Origin: Escherichia phage vB_EcoA_4HA11
Reading direction: 5' to 3' (one strand)
DNA: 64,000 nucleotides
Sequence record: MN445184
The notes beneath the pieces were generated by a model. That model worked only from the letters and a program-made list of their open reading frames with translations. It was not told the DNA's origin and did no database searches. Shown piece by piece: positions 59,212 to 64,000 of the stretch. A program made the position numbers and the translations under genes. Position 1 is the first letter of the stretch, and every line of letters begins with the position of its first letter.

Positions 59212-60714
59212 TTAGAGCGCCACTTTTTTCATTTTAACAGGGTGGCGCTCCATAAGATAAAATTTATATCTCTCATGAGAATGCCTGAGAGCATGGTTGT
59301 AGGAACCGTTGTAGCGCAGGTTGTCTACCAGGTCCCAGATTCGCGCAACATCCTTAGAGGAATGCTGACGCATCAAACGCCCCAATGTCTGTATAACACG
59401 GATATAAGATTTGCTGGGATGGGCCAATATCAGATGATGGAGTTTTTTGATAGATACGCCCTGTTGCATAGTACCATATGATGCCAACAGTGTTATATCT
59501 TCCCCTTCTTCCATAGCAGCCTGAATCTGTTTACGAACTTCTGTCTTGACTTCCCCGTTGATGACGAATACGTTTTTCTTGACTGCCGATAGCATTTCAT
59601 AAACCAACATCATGTGTGCATCGATACGTTCGAACATGACCGCCACGTTCCCTTTCAAAGACAGAGCCATTCGGGCTATCAATTCATTGCGGCGTTCGTT
59701 AGCAATGAGAAATTCTATTTCCTTTTGATACTCAGCACCGTGCATTTCAATACAGTCTGCCATAGGATGTATGACTTCAATCATATTAACATTGATGTCT
59801 GCCGCATATCCTAGATCGATTAAATCGCGCGCTGTAATAATTTTATGATATGCGCCAAAGTGAGCAACGACTTGTAACCCTGCGACCTTTGTATTCGCCA
59901 GGGTTCCGGTTACTCCCAAACGTTGATCAGCGTTAATACAGTTGTTCAAGATGTAAGACAATTTATCTGATTTTGATGTATGTACTTCGTCGACGACGAT
60001 ATCTCCAAATTGATGGAACCACTCTTTGGGTTGGTTCTGGATACCTTGCCAAGTTGAAATAACTATGGGTTTGAAAATCTCTTTCGTTGCCCCTTCGTAT
60101 ATTGTCTGGACGTTCATCAATGGCTTCCATTCTGTCCCGTGGCTATATTCTTCGAAGTTGTCATACAACTGAGTCACCAAATGAATGGATGGTACAACGA
60201 TTAACGTCCTCAGATTACTTTCGAGGGCATCTCTGCGTTGCCTGTAGTAACGCGCCATGATGTACAAAATAAAGGATTTACCAGCACTCGTGGCAGCTTC
60301 GAGGACACATCTACTTTGCCGTATTGCTGTGGCAATAGAATCAAATTGATATTCGCGGACAAACGCTTTTTGATATTGTTTGTTTTCGTCTCGGTACACT
60401 GCATTCAATGTATCGATGAACGCATGAATTTCTTCATCCGGAATATCTTGAATATATTTTAAGGCCGGATCTAATTTGATGGTGTAACCGTTCATCTTAC
60501 AGAATTTGAACACCTCAAATAACAGGCCGATGTCGATAAGCCCAGAACTCTTTGTGAACAGCCGCACTACGCCGTCCCATTTACTGAACGGATTCGGTTG
60601 GAAATTAGGATCTTCAAATTTGAAGTAATCGTTGAGTTCTTCACGGATATAATCCTCGGTAAGGATCCGCATTCTAACTTCGTTCACTTTGACTATTTGG
60701 ATCTCAGACATCAC
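59212..60714 (-). CDS. uvsW: UvsW SF2 helicase
   Basis: 500 aa; Walker A ATSAGKS, DEVH box, KEWFHQFG, and C-terminal GVSIKKLHHLILAHPSKSYIRVIQTLGR all parallel T4 UvsW. Confidence 0.85.
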   Translation of the reverse strand: MMSEIQIVKVNEVRMRILTEDYIREELNDYFKFEDPNFQPNPFSKWDGVVRLFTKSSGLIDIGLLFEVFKFCKMNGYTIKLDPALKYIQDIPDEEIHAFIDTLNAVYRDENKQYQKAFVREYQFDSIATAIRQSRCVLEAATSAGKSFILYIMARYYRQRRDALESNLRTLIVVPSIHLVTQLYDNFEEYSHGTEWKPLMNVQTIYEGATKEIFKPIVISTWQGIQNQPKEWFHQFGDIVVDEVHTSKSDKLSYILNNCINADQRLGVTGTLANTKVAGLQVVAHFGAYHKIITARDLIDLGYAADINVNMIEVIHPMADCIEMHGAEYQKEIEFLIANERRNELIARMALSLKGNVAVMFERIDAHMMLVYEMLSAVKKNVFVINGEVKTEVRKQIQAAMEEGEDITLLASYGTMQQGVSIKKLHHLILAHPSKSYIRVIQTLGRLMRQHSSKDVARIWDLVDNLRYNGSYNHALRHSHERYKFYLMERHPVKMKKVAL

Positions 60715-60740
60715 TAATTTCCCCCAATATTATGGAGTAT

Positions 60741-61487
60741 TTAGCGATCCGCCCAGATTCCGTTCTGTTCTTTATCCATTTTGTGATACAGACGGACACG
60801 GTCAAACATTTTAGAAATAACGTCTTTGCGATCGAATTCGATTATGGTGGGAACAAGGGCATTTTCGTTGGATATAATATTGATTAAACGCTCTATCTTG
60901 ACATTAAACATTTGTTGAAACATGACGGAGTATAGACACAATTGAATACTATAATCTTCTATCATGCTTCGAGTTTTTAGGGTGTTAGATGTTTTGAAAT
61001 CGATTATGCTTGGAATTCCTTCGTAAACCCCGATGAGGTCAACACGACCAGCAAGACCCAGGACTTCGCTATATAATGGAATCTCTTGTGCATATATCTT
61101 GCTCATTTTGTTAAGGTAGGGGAAAACCTGTTTGAACATAAACACGTATTCCCCTGCAGCTTCCAGAACTTCCTTCATTGGTCTGTTTTTGAGATACAAC
61201 TCACAAGCCAAATGAAGTTTTTCCCCACGGTCTGCGCAACGATGTGTTTCTATATCAGCAGCTTCATGCCCCAACTTGTCCCGCCAGGCTTCTAACCATG
61301 TGTGGTCACCAGTACGCCCTAACATGGTCGTCACTGAAGTCAGTTTGACTCCAGTGGGAGAAACATAGTGACGACCATTTTCGGTAGTTACGCAAGTCAA
61401 TTCCTTAAAAGGCAAGGAATATTGCTGAAATGTATGATGACGATTTTCAAAGTCATTAAGTTTGCGCAAAGCCTGTAGAGAAACCAT
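60741..61487 (-). CDS. PD-(D/E)xK nuclease, RecB/Cas4-like
   Basis: ORF track 60741..61514; GRVDLIGVY...IIDFKTS...IQLCLYSVMF shows D, D-x-K and QxxxY motifs. Confidence 0.45.
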   Translation of the reverse strand: MVSLQALRKLNDFENRHHTFQQYSLPFKELTCVTTENGRHYVSPTGVKLTSVTTMLGRTGDHTWLEAWRDKLGHEAADIETHRCADRGEKLHLACELYLKNRPMKEVLEAAGEYVFMFKQVFPYLNKMSKIYAQEIPLYSEVLGLAGRVDLIGVYEGIPSIIDFKTSNTLKTRSMIEDYSIQLCLYSVMFQQMFNVKIERLINIISNENALVPTIIEFDRKDVISKMFDRVRLYHKMDKEQNGIWADR

Positions 61488-61942
61488 TACATCCCATCCA
61501 AATATTTTCGCCAATCAATAGCATTCTTCACTTCATATCCGAGTTTGTTCAAACGATCTAAGCAACTTTCGATGAACTTGACTTTGGCTTTCTGCTCTTG
61601 AAGCATGCTAGACAATTCGATATAATCATCATCTGCTTTTACCCAAACATCTATATCAGATTTCAGGGGTCGAACTTTTAATGGGCGTTCAACATAAACG
61701 TTGGGCGGCAATTCCCCTGCATAAAATCGGCGTAAATAGAGATCTATTTGGCGAAATTTGCCAGTTAGATACTCCAGATATCTTCCTTCACGAATATAAT
61801 GGCGTTGCACAGTCATCCACGAACGACCAATTTTCAATGACATTTGGTCTAAGTTCATGTCTTCAGGATTTACCGAAATAAGAGGTTCCAATTCTGCCAT
61901 TATATCTTCGGTTTTCATCGTTTCAAGTTTTGTTTCGCTCAT
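61487..61942 (-). CDS. uvsY: Recombination mediator UvsY
   Basis: 151 aa; RYLEYLTGKFRQIDLYLRRFYAGE...IDVWVKADDDYIELSS...IESCLDRLNKLGYEVKNAIDWRKY parallels T4 UvsY; adjacent to uvsW. Confidence 0.7.
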   Translation of the reverse strand: MSETKLETMKTEDIMAELEPLISVNPEDMNLDQMSLKIGRSWMTVQRHYIREGRYLEYLTGKFRQIDLYLRRFYAGELPPNVYVERPLKVRPLKSDIDVWVKADDDYIELSSMLQEQKAKVKFIESCLDRLNKLGYEVKNAIDWRKYLDGM

Positions 61943-61980
61943 GATTTATTCCCTGCTGTTTCAACTCTCTGTATTATAAC

Positions 61981-62478
61981 TTATTGTTTATCAATTTCGC
62001 GGGTGACGCGAGTCGGAGTCAGTTTCAAATATTTGAACGTGACAGTCGTGACCAGTTGGGGAACCGCAGCATCCACATCCACCAATACGTTGTCCAAAGC
62101 TGTGGGACGGGCTTCTTCCAACAACAATTGTAGACCAACAGGGCGATTCATGTTATCAAGAAGGTCGATGGTGATGTCACGGCTAACAGCTAAATCAGAT
62201 CCAGCATTAGACGCAATCCAATTGTAAATCTGTTCCCAGTTGTACCAACTCTCATCGATAACGAACGTAAATACGATGGGGTCATACGTGAGACGTTCTG
62301 AAGGTATGGAGTTGAGCACATCGCCAGGGGATGGTCCCTCGATACCTTCAGAATACACTCCAGGAATACTGAAGTCATGTATTGAACGAGTAAGCAATAT
62401 CAGGTCTCCGATAGTTAAGCGCCATTTATCGGAAGCCGCGAAATTAGGATTTTCGTTTTTGAATTGTACACCTGTCAT
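61981..62478 (-). CDS. Hypothetical protein
   Basis: 165-aa ORF downstream of uvsY. Confidence 0.45.
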   Translation of the reverse strand: MTGVQFKNENPNFAASDKWRLTIGDLILLTRSIHDFSIPGVYSEGIEGPSPGDVLNSIPSERLTYDPIVFTFVIDESWYNWEQIYNWIASNAGSDLAVSRDITIDLLDNMNRPVGLQLLLEEARPTALDNVLVDVDAAVPQLVTTVTFKYLKLTPTRVTREIDKQ

Positions 62479-62508
62479 GTTAGCACCTTTGCTGTGGAGA
62501 ACGTTTTA

Positions 62509-63162
62509 GTGTTCCTGATACGCGGATTCAGAAAATGGATCATGACGATGATAATGGTGCTTGCACTCACAAGTTGCCGTATCTTTGTCACGTCCGTCAT
62601 TTCTGTAACCGACCTCTGGGATCCTGAAATCAGAACCATACCTGTTAACATCTCAGCCGACATTGATAAATGCAATAAAAATATTCTGAATCAAGTAGTA
62701 TCTGATTTTCAGAACTTCCAGACTCTTCAAGCTGTTGGTTGTTTTGATGATAACAACCAGTCACTGAGACCATACTGGAAAACCACGATTCCCCTATTGA
62801 GGAAAGGTGACGAAGGAAAGATCCCATATCTATCCGCAAGTATTTATTACTCTCAGAATAATAGCATCATAGCGACTTTCAATCCTTCTTTCTTTGACAA
62901 ACTCAGAAGGAATACTCAAGCAAGGGACGTCGAAATCACCAGAGACGTTGCAATATCATTTCAGATAGTTAATAACACCAAATCTCCGATTCGAATTGCC
63001 ACTCAGGGTGTTTTCGTTAATGGATCTGCTGTGGGTAATGAAATGAACATCTATGAAATAAGACCAGGCGGTAAAGTATGGATTCGAATGAGTGATGTTG
63101 GGGTGAACTCCCTGGTGATGGAAGGTATCGAACCAGTGGGAGTTCTCCCCGCTAGACATTGA
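62509..63162 (+). CDS. Possible lipoprotein (plus-strand islet)
   Basis: ORF track 62464..63162 (TTG). A GTG at 62509 preceded by GGAG gives a signal-peptide-like FLIRGFRKWIMTMIMVLALTSC with lipobox-like LTSC; start uncertain. Confidence 0.35.
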   Translation: MFLIRGFRKWIMTMIMVLALTSCRIFVTSVISVTDLWDPEIRTIPVNISADIDKCNKNILNQVVSDFQNFQTLQAVGCFDDNNQSLRPYWKTTIPLLRKGDEGKIPYLSASIYYSQNNSIIATFNPSFFDKLRRNTQARDVEITRDVAISFQIVNNTKSPIRIATQGVFVNGSAVGNEMNIYEIRPGGKVWIRMSDVGVNSLVMEGIEPVGVLPARH

Positions 63163-63891
63163 TTATTTCAGGGACTCTTTTAATTCTGGAGTCCCTATTT
63201 TATCAATAACGCCTCCAGCACAGAGATCTTTAGCCCATTCTCCAAGAACATTCGCAAAAGAGAAGTTTAGACATTCTTTGATCATACTTTCAATATGAGC
63301 AAGTTCTGCAGCTATCCCATCGGTGATATCGTTTATAACTCCATTGACGGCGGTTATTGCCTCATTGATATGTCCTGTTACTTCAGCAGCCAATTGCTGT
63401 AGTTTTGCCATCCCTTCTGAGGCACCTTCCATAATCATGTCATACAATTCCGATATCTTGTTTGTTACGGTCTGTAGAGCACCTTCCATAGCATTCAGCC
63501 ATTGGCGTCCTAAATCCTGAACAACACCAAAAGCCTTGTTGATCAAATCACAATTGTTTGGCTCTCGTGATATACCCTTCAGACCTGATTTGTATGACAC
63601 GGAAGTACCGATGCGAGAATACGCGTCATTGATACTTTGGTCTCCATATGTGTTCAGTGTCGTTATCCCCGTGTTGGCGGCGCTATACATGGTGGTGGCT
63701 GCTGTGAGTTTTTCTGGTGTTAGTCCACCAGCAACCATAGCCGCCTGCATCTCCGGAGTCGCGTTGGCAGTTATCAATGGTATATTGGTACTACCACTGG
63801 TGATTAAATCCTGTGAGGGACCGGAGAGGGACGGAAGCGGGTTGCTAAATGCATTACCAGAGGAAAGGACATCGTAGATTTGTGCGTTCAT
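63163..63891 (-). CDS. Late protein, probably virion structural
   Basis: 242 aa; ATG 63891 preceded by a minus-strand late promoter; Ser/Thr/Gly-rich N-terminus. Confidence 0.5.
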   Translation of the reverse strand: MNAQIYDVLSSGNAFSNPLPSLSGPSQDLITSGSTNIPLITANATPEMQAAMVAGGLTPEKLTAATTMYSAANTGITTLNTYGDQSINDAYSRIGTSVSYKSGLKGISREPNNCDLINKAFGVVQDLGRQWLNAMEGALQTVTNKISELYDMIMEGASEGMAKLQQLAAEVTGHINEAITAVNGVINDITDGIAAELAHIESMIKECLNFSFANVLGEWAKDLCAGGVIDKIGTPELKESLK

Positions 63892-63914
63892 AAAATACCC
63901 CCAATTTTGGGGGT

Positions 63915-63922
63915 ATTTATAA
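63915..63922 (-). promoter_or_regulatory. T4-type late promoter TATAAATA (minus strand)
   Basis: Plus-strand TATTTATA is TATAAATA on the minus strand, ~24 nt upstream of ATG 63891. Confidence 0.55.
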
Positions 63923-64000
63923 TCATGGAAGATGATAGATAAAATTCTCGCAGAACTTTTTGGTGTATTTCTTTAGAAATATAAATTTAGGTTCGCGTGG

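Noticed and set aside
1-64000. CRISPR array, integrase/attachment sites or transposase
   Set aside because: No regularly spaced short repeats and no recombinase-like ORFs; the content is that of a lytic phage.

Overview
The window reads as a 64-kb segment of a lytic T4-superfamily myovirus. Recognisable T4-type genes include helicase gp41 (N-terminal part only), uvsX, gp32, primase gp61, gp46/gp47, late sigma factor gp55, regA-gp62-gp44-gp45, uvsW, uvsY, denV, nrdA/nrdB, phoH, and the baseplate genes gp5 and gp25. Four T4-type late promoters (TATAAATA or a close variant) sit in front of plus-strand structural islets and one minus-strand late gene. Nearly all other genes are on the minus strand in tightly packed operons with ATGA-type start/stop overlaps, separated by GC-rich hairpin terminators. 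Gene order differs from T4, and no DNA polymerase, tRNA, CRISPR array or integrase was seen. The most interesting observations are: (1) an exact 202-bp direct repeat at the window start that cuts the helicase reading frame; (2) a nucleotide-metabolism operon with an atypical thymidylate-synthase-fold enzyme fused to a C-terminal extension and followed by a P-loop kinase, a candidate DNA base-modification module; (3) an acyl-carrier-protein look-alike with Asp in place of the modified Ser, next to a large vWA protein; (4) a block of large unrecognised proteins immediately downstream of regA, where T4 has its DNA polymerase; (5) an SPFH lipoprotein with a small membrane partner; (6) two small membrane-protein ORFs below the ORF-track size cut-off. 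All calls were made by reading the translations and sequence by eye against remembered protein families; no database search or folding calculation was run. Coordinates of hairpins and promoters are approximate (about +/-2 nt).
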